Of a stretch of 64,000 bases of DNA, positions 1 through 12,700 are shown piece by piece. Made by a program: the position numbers and the translations under genes. The stretch's first letter is position 1. Each line of letters starts with the position of its first letter. Under the pieces are notes generated by a model. The model saw only the letters and a program-made list of their open reading frames with translations. It was not told where the DNA came from and ran no database searches. This stretch comes from Octopus vulgaris (Eukaryota): NCBI GenBank assembly GCA_951406725.2, contig OX597823.1, positions 98,828,001-98,892,000 of the forward strand. Reading direction: 5' to 3'.

Positions 1-76
1 TCAGAACGTAACGACAGACGAAATACCGTGAAGCATTTTGCCTGGCATGCTAACGTTTCTGCCAGCTCACTGCCTT
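1..76 (-). mobile_element. tRNA-derived SINE head (cut off by the window edge)
   Basis: Same sequence family as 8187-8417 and 43667-43888. Confidence 0.75.
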
Positions 77-150
77 AGTCTATACCATGTGATAAAAATC
101 TTGTATGAAATGTTTGATTAATATTCCACTTTATTTTCCATTTATTCTAG

Positions 151-305
151 GAAAGGTCGCAAACCAGCTGAGATCATAGTTTTGGTTATTCAGGTTCTAT
201 GTACACTGCCACTCTACTTTATCCAAACCAGTGACCTCCTTATTTTCCTGAGATTCTTTGGAGGAGTATGTGTATTAGGTGCTTTTGTAGCAGTATACAT
301 AATTT
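151..305 (+). CDS. SLC22 gene A exon (155 nt): [14 protein letters not shown]...[19 protein letters not shown]
   Basis: ctag acceptor, gtgagt donor, open frame; same length as gene B exon 4. Confidence 0.9.
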
Positions 306-930
306 GTGAGTAAAACAATCACATTTTATTCAAAATTGTTTGTGCTGTTGTCATAAATAAGATTAGATTATCAAATATTAGAACTTTGTCTAATTAATTA
401 CCATTTCACATTTGGTTTTTATACCTTATTTTAAAATTTAAAAAGCTTTAGTGTTTCTGTGTGTATATAAATATATATAAATTTTTTTTTTCAAAGGTCA
501 CAATACATGTATTAAGGGGCTACTAATAGTTTCATATGCTGAGAATTACTCAAACATATTCTTCAGGCACAAATCACACATAACAAATTAAAGAAATTGA
601 ATAAATGGAAGAAACACAATGAAGCTGAGAAGGCAGCATATATTTATTCAATTTCTTTAGTTTGTTATGATATGTGGTTTGTGCCTGAAGAATATGTTTG
701 AGATATTTCTCAACATATGAAACTATTAGTGGCACTAAAAGACATGTATTGTGTCCTTTAAATAAATAATATTTATCTCTCACCAGATAGAGTAAACTTT
801 TGTTGAATTTTCTATCATGGATTAGTACAATATATATATATATATATATATATTTAAAATATAAATTAGAGATAAAACCACTATTATGCAGCTCAAACAG
901 TGATAGACATAAATCAATACATAAATAACC

Positions 931-961
<31 letters not shown>

Positions 962-3721
962 GAATTTTTTAAAAATTTTATTTATTAATAATAGTTTTAA
1001 TTTTTATTATTTTTATTTTATATATATATATATATATGCACACATGACATATCCTCTTGACATCCCCTTCCTCTATTTGTGTCCACTCACTACATTCCCC
1101 CATCCACCTCCCACTCCCCTGTCACAATCTTGCAAATTTACCCACCCGTTCACCCTATCCAGTCCTTGGCTCCACTTCATTTACATATACCTCCTTGTAA
1201 CTTGAGCATACAGGGTCTTGCAGATAAATTGAGACCAGTTTTAAGCAGTTGACTAAGACAGGGTTTAACATTTCAGTTTTTGACAAAAAAACCTTGCTTG
1301 CTTGAAAGTCTAATTTTTCAGGCAAATAGCAAACTGGCTCAACCACAGAAAGTCATAGAAAAAAACAGAATCATTCTACCATTGTTGTTTTGGTGCACAC
1401 TGGGCACATTACCAATAAAATTGTTAAGTTGATGAAACTTCCAAAAAGCAGGAGTGGGATAGATTGATAGAAAGGAACAAAAGTGATGTCAAGTGCAATC
1501 CAAAGTCTCTTGCTGACCTCAAATGCTCAACTGAAGCCAACCCATCCATGACAACTCTTGCAAAGAAATGCAATGTGTCCCTTTCCACAGTGTCCAGAGC
1601 TGTGAACAGGAACCTTGGCATGACTAGCTATGTTCGATGATGTTGTCATCTCTTAACAGCCAACACCAAAGTAATCAGTTCAAAGTTTTCGTCATTCCTC
1701 AAGCATCGAAGTGCAGGAAAAACTCTCATGTGGATGCTGAGGTGAATTGCAGAAATTCTCGAATGATTACATACAACCCTTCTGATGCCCCCTGTGTTTG
1801 AGACTAAGAATCTTGCCTCTGTAACAGTGTTTTGAGCCATGGCAAGTGATGAAAGTGTCATGGATCCACACTTCCTTGAGTCAAGCTTGAAGGTTGGCAC
1901 AAAGTTGTATCTGGACATCCTGAAGAACTCTCTGTTATGTTGGGTGGAGCAGAATTTTGGGCTTGACAATGTGGTGCTTATCCAGGATTCTGCACCATGC
2001 CATGGCTCAAAAGCAACACAAGCCTTCTTTGGGAGAAGGTGCCATTTTTGTGAGGTCCAACATCAGGCCTAGTATTAGCCCAGATCTCAGCCTTCTCAAT
2101 TACTTTTTATGGGGCATACTTCAAGCAAGGACCAATGCTTCACCACACTTGAGTGTCAACAGTTTGAAGACCTGCATTGTGCATGCAACATGCAAAATCA
2201 AAAAGGTGGAGATTGTGGCAGCTGCAAAAAAATTTCGTTCTCGTGTGGAGGCAGTAATTGCCCATAAGGGCAGCCATATTGAGTGATAAATGTTTTTGTT
2301 GTAATAAATGTCACATTAAAATTGTCTACTACCATTATTTTAGTATTTATAAACAGTTTTATGCATCGTAAAAATTGTCTCAATTTATCTACAAGAGCCT
2401 GTATACCCCATCACATCTTCACCTTCTTCTGTCTCTCTACTCCCTCTTTCTCCTTTGTTCTTTTCTCTCCTCTCTGCCTCTGTTTCTCACCAACTGAGGT
2501 AGCAATGTCTCTCCTTTACTGCAACATATCTACTTTTTTGTACAGCTTCATTCAGGGTCTTTCAATCAGCTTGGCTTTTAAGTGAACTGAATTTAGTTCT
2601 TTATTGATTAGGGTTCAGGAGGAAGTGAGGAGAGGTTGTTTTCAATCTGAAATCTGATCTGTTTGTCAACTGGTTTACAAACTAACTGAGTTCAGTTCAC
2701 TTAAAAGCCAAGCTGATTGAAAGACCCTGAATGAAGCGACACAGAAAATTAAGCCCAGTTGCATAAGCAACTGCACATACCCTGTCCAATGGAAACACAT
2801 GTCAGTCGTCATAACCATAAAAATATTCTGTATGACATTGTAAAATAAAAGGAAATAAATTTTGAGGATATACCAATCTCCATATTCTCTATCATTATAA
2901 TTATTGCATATATACACTCCAGATAATATTACCATCCAGAAAAGTGAATGCCCATTGGAGGAATTTACAGTGTGCGTGACAACTCCTAGCAGTTATAGAT
3001 GTTAAATACTAATCGATATGGTTAGCTGTAACTTGGAACACAATTGAGAGCTACCACAGCATCTGCCTGGATAATATATCCCTTTAAACTTATGATATAT
3101 ACCAAAGTAAGCACTTAAATGTGAAACATCATGAAAATATCAAAAAGTTTGTTACTCAGAGTTTCATGTTCCCATTTGTCAGACACTTTAGATTGAGAAT
3201 AGAAGAAAATAAAGTTTGTATGTATAAGATATACAATTTTCATTGACAGATACACATTTGAAATTGGTTTCTTTTCATTGGTTCTTTCGACTAACAGTTT
3301 TTTCTAATCAATGATGATAGGTTTAAAATTGTATTATGTGAGATCAAAGAAAACCTTAAATCAAAATTTCAAAAATGACTGTAGTTAGAAGGAAAAAACA
3401 TAAAATACCTAGAATAAATTGTATTAATGATAAAATAAGTTTGATTTTAAAAAAAATAAATGTAAGTCTATATTATAATAATATTCGCTTTCATAAATCA
3501 AACAGCCTAAAAATAAACACACATACATATCCTTAAATCCTTAAACATGTTTTAGCCCGAAGGCCATGGCCATGGTGGGGCACCATTACATATACACACT
3601 AAAAAACATAAGCATATGTACACTAAACATACAAACGCTAATCTATGCATAAATACATATCTACAAACATACACAGGCAAAATATGAATATATATATACT
3701 AATATATATATAGATAACAAT

Positions 3722-3764
<43 letters not shown>

Positions 3765-6700
3765 CACATCATGCGTATGTTGTGAAGTTGCAGCTTCATT
3801 ACATGTTAGAAAAGAATCAGAATAAGAACAAAAGGTGGTGGTTGGAAAAAAAAGAAGTGGTAGAATGGAGGAATAAGGATTTAAAATTTGGGAAGAGATC
3901 CCTCGTGAACACTCTGATACAGTGTCCCCTACATCTATCCTCCATCTAAATTATATAAGACTGCCAAAATCCTTACATTTCAGATCACTTGAAACTTTAG
4001 TAGTGGCAACACGTTGAATAAAGCTGCATGGATACATTTAACCTGGATGAAATCTTTATGCAACTGAACCAAAAGGATGCAAATAGAAACAATATCCTAG
4101 GATATCTATACAGCAGAAACATATGTCAGAGAGAGGCTTAAAGAGAATATACTTCATAAAAGACTGTAATGAAAAAAAAACGTATAGTTGTACAATTCTC
4201 CATTTTTATCTGAATGTCTCGTGTTATCTGAAGTGTACAGTATCATATATCCATTATGGTTGATCTTACCAAATGATTCAACGGAGTGTTAGGTAACAAT
4301 TTGATTATGTAACCCAGCACTCATCAGCGGTAGCCGAACTTCAGTGGGTTGGCGGCATTGGAAAAATGGTTTGCAATATTTTTTCCAACTCTTTACATTC
4401 TGAGTTCAGAATGTAAAGTTACTACTGAGGTTAACTCCTCATGATCATCATCGCTTAACGTCCTCTTTCCATGCTGGTATGGGTTAGACAGTTTGACAGG
4501 AGTCAACACCAGACTTCTATGTTTGTTTTGGCAGGATTTTCACAGCTGGATGCCCTTCCTAACACCAACCACTAAGCAGAGTGAATGGAGATAGAGAGCA
4601 AAAGAGAGAAAATGAGGACAGAAACAGGTATGCTACTGTAAAGGAGAGACATAGTTATCAAACTTGAGAGAAGAGTAGGAGGAGAGAGAGAGAGAGAGGG
4701 TACCAAGGGGGATAATTACACTATGCATAGTTTAATTTAAATTATCCTCTATTATTATCTTCAATTTACTTATGTTGGCAGATACATATAATTTGCTATA
4801 TAATTCTAGTAATATTTAATTCATTTATTTATTTAAATTATCTATTTATATAATCTATTCAAGTGCTGTAGAAATAAAAGTGTGTGGACTTACTTAAATT
4901 AGAATGTTTGAAGGTCTGGTAGTGTTGAGATATTCTGTTTTTATAATTAAATTTGTCATCTCTTCTGTGAAGTTCAACATCTAAAGACCAGCCTTTGCTA
5001 CTTCATCCCATGTTTTACTGGGTCTCCCTCTCTAAAACAACCAGACTCAGTCACAGGATCTTTTACTTTGTCTTGCAACTAATGGTTAGTACCACAACAA
5101 AAAGCACCAGGTACATTCAGTAAAGCAGTTAATATTAGGAAGGATGGCCAGCCATAGAAACCATGCCAAAAGGGACTTTGGTGCTTGGCAGTTCTCTGGT
5201 TCATTGGATCCTGTCAAACCATCCAAATATTGGCACTTCTTTATACAGACATTGTAGAGCATTTAACTCTTCAATTATTGTGCAGACCTTACTGCTATAG
5301 AACTGGAGTGTTTTGATGCATGCTTTAAAAAAATGACATTTTAATTCTATCACTGACCGAACAATTCTAAATACGGTAAAGTTTACATGCAACTCCCAAT
5401 GTTAAATAGCACTTTGATCTAAAAGCATTTCAGCTGACAGTCATTTCATTTCAAAAATAACAAAAATCTATATCATTGGCAAATTGAGTTCTTGAGACAG
5501 TATATATATAATTGTGGGTTTCAGGTTTTTAATACATTGGCTTTTACACACTCTTTTGAAGATGTAGCATCATATACACTTATATCTTTTCTCTTTCTTC
5601 CTTTCTTTTTTTAATTCTATAGCACTGGAAATTGTACCAAGCGATTACCTACCTTATGTTAGTCTATATAGTCAAGTGATGTTTACTGTTGGAGAATTAG
5701 TTGTAGTAGGCATTGCTTACTGTACTCGGGAGTGGCGCCTTCTTAGTCTTGTGCTTGCCATCATCTATTTCATCTTTTTGTTCTTTATGTTGTAAGTAAA
5801 CTTTCTTTCTCACCTACGTCCCAGTTACAATTTAATTTAATTTAATTTAATTTCACACATCACAATAACATTCTCTCTTCTGGTTAGTTATCACAGACAA
5901 AAGAAAAAGGGTGAGGAGAAACGGAATTACAATTTCATTACATTCAAAGTTTATGAAACTTGGTACCAGACCATATACTAGGAAGTATGAGACAAAGAAG
6001 GAACTAATTCTACTAAATTCTACACAATGTAGCATCTAAATAATTTATAGTAATTATTTACAGAAAGGGGGATTTGGTATTAGTGTTTCTAGGGAATACA
6101 CTAGAGTATTCTAGAATATTCAGAGGGAATACACCAGGAACAGTTTGGATTTGTTTGTGTTGTATAACAAGTAATGACATCCATTAATTATGCCTGAAGG
6201 CTTTCTTTTAATAGCATTTAATAGCAGTTATATCAGAATATGAAGAACACATTGTGAGTAACACTAATGTATCATTGAAGACTGGGTCATCAGATGATGC
6301 CAATTATAACAGATCTATAGACAAACAATAATAACAGTTCTCTGAATGTGTATGTGTAGAGTAGCACAGAAGTGTTTCTTGAAGACTGGATCTTGACATA
6401 ATCTCAATTATAACACATTTATTGACTAACAATAAAGTCAGTCCTTACATTAGTTTGTGTTGAGTGGTAGAATCAGTAGAGCAGCCATGGTTGAGCAGTT
6501 AAGTTCAATTTATAATCGTGTGGTCCTGAATTTGATTACACTGTACAGTAACTTGAGCCAATGCCTTCTACTGTAATCTCAGGCTGAGCCAAATGCTGTG
6601 AATGAAATTAGGTAGACAGACATTGGGTAGGAACTTGTGGAGTGGACAGTCCATTTTCTTGGGTAGTAGACTAAAAATGTCTCCTGGATTAACACCACCA

Positions 6701-9700
6701 CAACATTATTAGATATCTTTTGTGGAGTTTACTCTTTTACAAACGCTTGACACAGGTCACCATACTGAGAATGACCCATTCTGAGGTTTCTTCTTCTCTT
6801 TCCCCTACCAGCTTCAGAAGTTGAGGAAAAGTCCATTGACACTGCTCTACCTCCCTTATGCTATAAAAAGAAAAAAAACTTCCAAAAAAAAAACAATCCA
6901 ATCAAAAACAGAAAAATAGTTGACCTTTCAATTGAAAAACACAAAAATAGTCAAATTCACATTCTTCACAAAGTACTACTAAGGAAAGAAATCAAATAGA
7001 TATATTTTCTACTTATAAATAGACATATGGATACACAGTCAATACATATCCTTCATAATAAATAATTACAGTCGATATACTATAATTATATAGGTGTAAT
7101 ATTATTGTTATAATTACATAACAATCAAAATATGCTCATTCATATATCCTATAGATCACAAATAGATATACAAATAAGCTCAATGTATAATTCCAAATGT
7201 AAATACATCTAAACATACAGAAAATAATTCTGAAAATAACTAAAATTGATAAAAAATCAACAGGGAAGTCTAGAAAGATATACAAATAAACAACACTGCA
7301 TAGCAAGATCCAGGAAGGTGGTAATCCAAGTAGAGATACACTGGTAATCTGGGTAAAGTTCAGGGGTAAGGTGGACTTTGGGAGGCTGAAATAGTCCAAA
7401 AAGGGAGGAGCAGGTCAAAGAGAGGAAGAAGGTCAGTCTAGGCAGGATCATACTGGGGTGACCACAGAAGCATATATTATATATGGTGCAAAAATAAAAA
7501 AACACAAAAATGAGGTAAAAAAAGCAAACAACTGAAGTGTGTTAGGTTTATACTCAAGAAGATCTGAAGGAGAAGTCCTTTACATTTCAAGCATACACTC
7601 CTCTGCAGAAAGAATAAACATTTGTTCCTTTCTCTCCTCATCTATTTTTTCTGTGGAAGAGCATATGCTCAAAATGTAAAGGACATATCTTTCTATTTTT
7701 CTTGAGCATAAACCTAATGCACTCTGTTTTTTGTTTTACCTCGTTTTGTTTTTCATTTTTGCACCACTTAGAAAGAGATATCCTTCTTTGACAAACTGTA
7801 AAGAACTATAAGGAGAATTTTTAAGCATGTGAACATATGGTGGTGCTCCAGCATGACTGCAGCTGCATGGCTGAAATGAGTAAAAGAATAAAATTCACAG
7901 ATTTGGGGTATGTTATTAATCAGCTGTATTATTTGACTTGTACTTATTTTATCGATCTTGGAAAAATAAAAGGCAAGTTTGTTCCTGACAAGATCTAATC
8001 TCAAAACTTAAAGTAACATTACTAAATACAAATTTGCATATAGTCAGCCTATTTACCAATTCTTTCAATCCATTGTCCTTCAACAATAATAATCCTAATA
8101 TTCTTGTCCATAGTAAATATAATCTATTTTGGACAATGGCACGAATAATTTCTCACATGCCATAACACACAGCAAGAAAGAATAAATATTTCTTTATTGC
8201 CCACAGGGGGCTAAACACAGAGGGGACAAACAAGGACAGACAAAGAGATTAAGTCAATTACATCGACCCCAGTGCGAAACTGGTACTTATTTTATCAACC
8301 CCGAAAGGGTGAAAGGCAAAGTCGACCTCGGCGGAATTTGAACTCAGAACGTAACGACACGAAATACCGCTAAGCATTTCACCCGGCATGCTAACGTTTC
8401 TGCCAGCTCGCCGCCTTTCAAGAAAGAATATAGATGTCCTTATAATGTGGATCCTCACCCACTTGTATGTTATTGTCAGCACAATTAGGTTGTGGTGGCA
8501 TTCCGTATCTTACTATCTTTGACTCATCGATCGTGCTATCACTGATAGATCTGCAAGACAACGATTTTGAAACGTCTACCTTGCTGGTAACTCAAACTTG
8601 TATATATCACATAACTGACACTGACTCCAACTGAGAACTCGTACAATGACTCTACTACTACTGACTGTCTGACTTTATAGTAGCTCTTTCATATCACTTT
8701 GTCAGGTTTTTTTGGGGTGGGGAACAAGTAATTTTTATCTTACTTTATTCATCCCTCCTCTCTTTTTAGCGTTCTAACTTCATATTTTTTCTTCTTGGTG
8801 TCTATTTGTAAGAACTCTGTGTTCTTCCTGTTTCTTCCACTTGTAATGCTGTTAGTACCTGGAATGTGTCATACAGCCATTCCATACATTCCTCCGATCT
8901 GTCTGCTTAATTTTCTATGAATCTCTTCATCAATTGGTTTCTGTGTCTTTTTTCAATACTTTTTCTGCTTTTAATTCTGTACATCATTTTTCCTATGTAC
9001 TTTGTCATTTTCCCCTCTTCCCTGTATTGTTTTCTGTTCTTATTCCTCATGGACACCTAATCACTAACTTTTAAAAATTTTGGATTGTCTTTCCTGGTAC
9101 TTTGCCTTTCCTAACAGTTTATCAAAAACTGATTTCACCTTCCTCACAAACATCAGTTCAGCTGGTGAGCTTCCTCCTGGTGTACTGTAGTTCAGTGTCA
9201 CCCTGTATACCCTTAGAAATTCCTGCAGAGTGACTTCGTCTGTGGCTTCTTTGTTTGCTTTTCTCAGAGCTCTTTTAAAACTGTCGACAAAACACTCTGC
9301 CTGTCCACTTGATCTAGGATAGTAAGTCACTATCGTTTTATGTTCTTTCGTGAACAGTTTGCAGAATTTTCTAAATTCACTGGACACAAATTATCAGATA
9401 CAATCATGTCTGGAATGCCAAATCTTGTGAATAATTCATTCAAAAAAATATATTTAACGTTGCGGAGGTTGGTCTTTTGCATTTAACAATTTCTGGTCAT
9501 TTTGTGAAACTGTCAACTACTTCTATGCAGTAATAATCATTTAATGGACCTGCAAAATCGACGTGTTGTTTTGTCCATGGACTTTTTACTTCTGGCCAAG
9601 GCTCCCATTTTTGAGTAGGCAATTTCACTGCCAGAATATATCCTCTGCAACCTTTTACTGCGTTTTCAACTTCCTTGTCCATCTTCAGCCAATACACATA

Positions 9701-12700
9701 ACTGCACATAAGCACTTTCATCCTTGCAATCCCTGGATGTCCAATAAGGAATTCTTTCAACATTCTTTTTAGTAGAGTCTCAGGTATCATTACCCTTCCA
9801 CCAAACATCAGTATGCCATCGCATGTTGAATATCTGTTTACCTCTTGTTGTTTTTTCTTACTGAACCTTTATTTGTTTTCTTTCGCTGACCACAGATTTT
9901 TTTATTTTCATTAATGAACTTGTCTTTTGACACATGTTGCTTTATCTCCTCCAGAGTTTTTGGTAACTCTCGTACAATGTTCCACATTATGTGTTTAATT
10001 TCTCCTTCAGTTCTTAGGGTTGCTTTTATTGTGTCTTCAAATGGTCCACCATTTCTGGGTATTAATCCTAGCTTTATCAAAGGTAAATATTCCACTGCAT
10101 AGTTGTAGTTTAGTAGTATGGTGCCCCATCGCTGCAACCTGTTTGCTGTATGTACTGGGATTCCTTTCTTGAATCCATAAATCATTAGCAACGGGCAATG
10201 GTCTGTTTATAGTCTAATTTGTCTAGCATATATAAACCTGTGGAACTTTTTATGCCAAATATAACTGCCAATACCCCTTTTTCAATTTGGCAATAATTTT
10301 TCTTTCCCCTGGCAATAGTGTCCTTGATGTGTGAGCTAAGGCCTTTATGCTGCCATCTTCACATTTGTGTAGGAGTATAGCACCTACCCTGTAATCACTA
10401 ACATCTGTTTCCAGTATCATTTCCAACTTCGGATCGAAGTCTGGTGTTAACATACTTTTTAGTTCCTCAAATGCCTTCTGGCATTTTTCTGACCAAAACC
10501 ATTTTGCATCCTTTTTTCACAGCTCGTTTAGTAAGGCCCTTGTGTGGTGTGTGTTCAGGATATATACTTGAAAGTAGTTTACCAAGCCTAAGAATGCTTG
10601 TAGAAATTTGACGTTCATTGAGGGAGGCATATTCTGTATTGCCGTTGCCCTTGATGGGTTGGGTCTTCATCCCATTTCGTCAATTACTTGACCCAAATAT
10701 TTGATTTCTTTTCATCAAACATTCACACTTTTCCTCTGTTAGTCTTAACTCGTATTCATTAATTTTCCTGAATACTTCTTAATATGTTCAAAGTGTTGCT
10801 CCGTTGATTTGATCTTTATCAAAATATCATCAAGATAAGCAATAGTGAAGTCCCAATCATTTAATGTTGTGTCCATCACTTGCTGGAATATGGCAGGTGC
10901 CACTTTTACTCCAAAAGTACATACCATATTTAAGACACTGTGGTTAGTTCCTCTAAAGATTTCTACTACTGTGACATGAAGAGAACATTAATAATTCATT
11001 ATGTGTAATGTTTCATGATGATGCTGATGATGATAATGATGATGATGGTCATCATCGTCATCTACTCATACTCTTCACATTGAGTAAACAGCAACAGTTG
11101 TAGCCACATCATATACTTTCATAACTATTTTATATAAATTGATTCTTTGTGCCAAAGTGTAATTTTCTTGAAGCAGGAGTAAATTAGATAATAAGTTTCC
11201 CGTTTGCCTCTTGAATCGTTTTTTTTACTTTCTCTCTTTCTCTTTTTGTTTTCAAGTGTTATTGATGAATCTCCTCGTTGGCTAATTTCAAAAGGGAAAC
11301 TTGACAAAGCTGAAGCCATTCTTAGAAAAATAGCCAAGAGAAATGGAAAGGAGTTTTATACCATGCTTACAGAAAGAACATGTAATAATGAAACAGTTCC
11401 AGTGAATGGCAGTTTTGGAGATATATTTAAATCAAGAATTCTCTTATATCGAGCATTCAACATGTTTTTCAACTGGTAAGTATCTAAGACTGTGGTTTCT
11501 CAATCTTTTTGAATTTTTAATATATTAAAACTGAACTGTATAATTACAAGCATATTTCAAATTATATTTTTTTTAATTGTTTTAAATTTTTTTTTTAATT
11601 TATCTTTTAAGAATTTTGAATCAGCATGCTGAAATTGATCTCATTATATTCTGGAAGAGTCACATTACAAAGGCAGATAAACACACTAGTTGTTATTCCC
11701 TTCTTGCTTTCAGAAATTTTATCACATTTCCAGCAATCTCCTTGAGAGGCTTAAATTCACCAATTGTTAGAAAATTTAAACCCATCAAAAACACAGGAAG
11801 CGTTACTAAAATTTCTGGGAATATAACTATAAACAAGAAGGCATTAATAAGACTCTGAATATATATGATTTGTATAGAACAGAATTATAAGTAACAAGTG
11901 TTTCAAGACTCTCAAAAATTATAGATTTTTAGTTTTTAAACTCCAGGTGTACTTTGATACTCCTTGTGGCACACTATGGCACTGTGACACATAAGAGCAT
12001 CATGTCACACTGTTTGAGAACCTCTGATTTCATGGAATATTTTGTTCTTTGTCACAACTTGCAGAAAATGATTAAAAGGTTTAGTTGAAGTCTTTTGAAT
12101 TTTTTTTTTTTATACAAAGCAAAGAACTTGTGAAAAACTGGTTCCTTGTGTGATGTTTAGGTTAAAGTCAGTTCTGATGGGGCAGATCTATAATCAAAAT
12201 TGCTCCATCTGTAAAATTCTTGAGTATTTTTATTACACAAAGTATATCTAGAACTACATTATCAGATGTGTCTTTAATTTAATATAGAAAACAGTAGGAT
12301 GTGTTCTGAGGTAGATTAGGCTTGTATTTCTAGCTGGTTGAGCAACTCTGTGGAGGTTTCCTCATTGGTTCATATATGCTTCAGTTGCTAGAATTAGTTT
12401 CAGTATTTTGTTGTTATTTATAGAGCTGATTGATTGATTCAAATTCAACTCGATGTGGAAATGAAACTTTCAATGTAGAGAGTCATAATTAAATACTGTT
12501 TGGTACTTTAGCTGATGCTCCATTGTTTTGGTACCTACATTATTATTTTGGGACAGTATAGCAATACCAACAATGTTTATTCCTAAAGTTGGCAGAAAGC
12601 CATAAATCTTGCGAAAGCAAAACCCAGTTATATGGATCCTATTATTTGACTGGTCCTTTATTTTATTGACTTCAGAAAGATTAAAATAAAGTTAACTTTA

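Noticed and set aside
3962-4008. TGCCA…GAAACTTTAGTAGTGGCA resembling the 3' half of a hammerhead
   Set aside because: No NUGANNA core or stem II is present; at best a deleted remnant.
4265-4332. Minus-strand CTGATGA followed by a ~12-bp hairpin
   Set aside because: The hairpin is followed by TCCGTTGAAT rather than GAAA, and no convincing stem I closes the motif.
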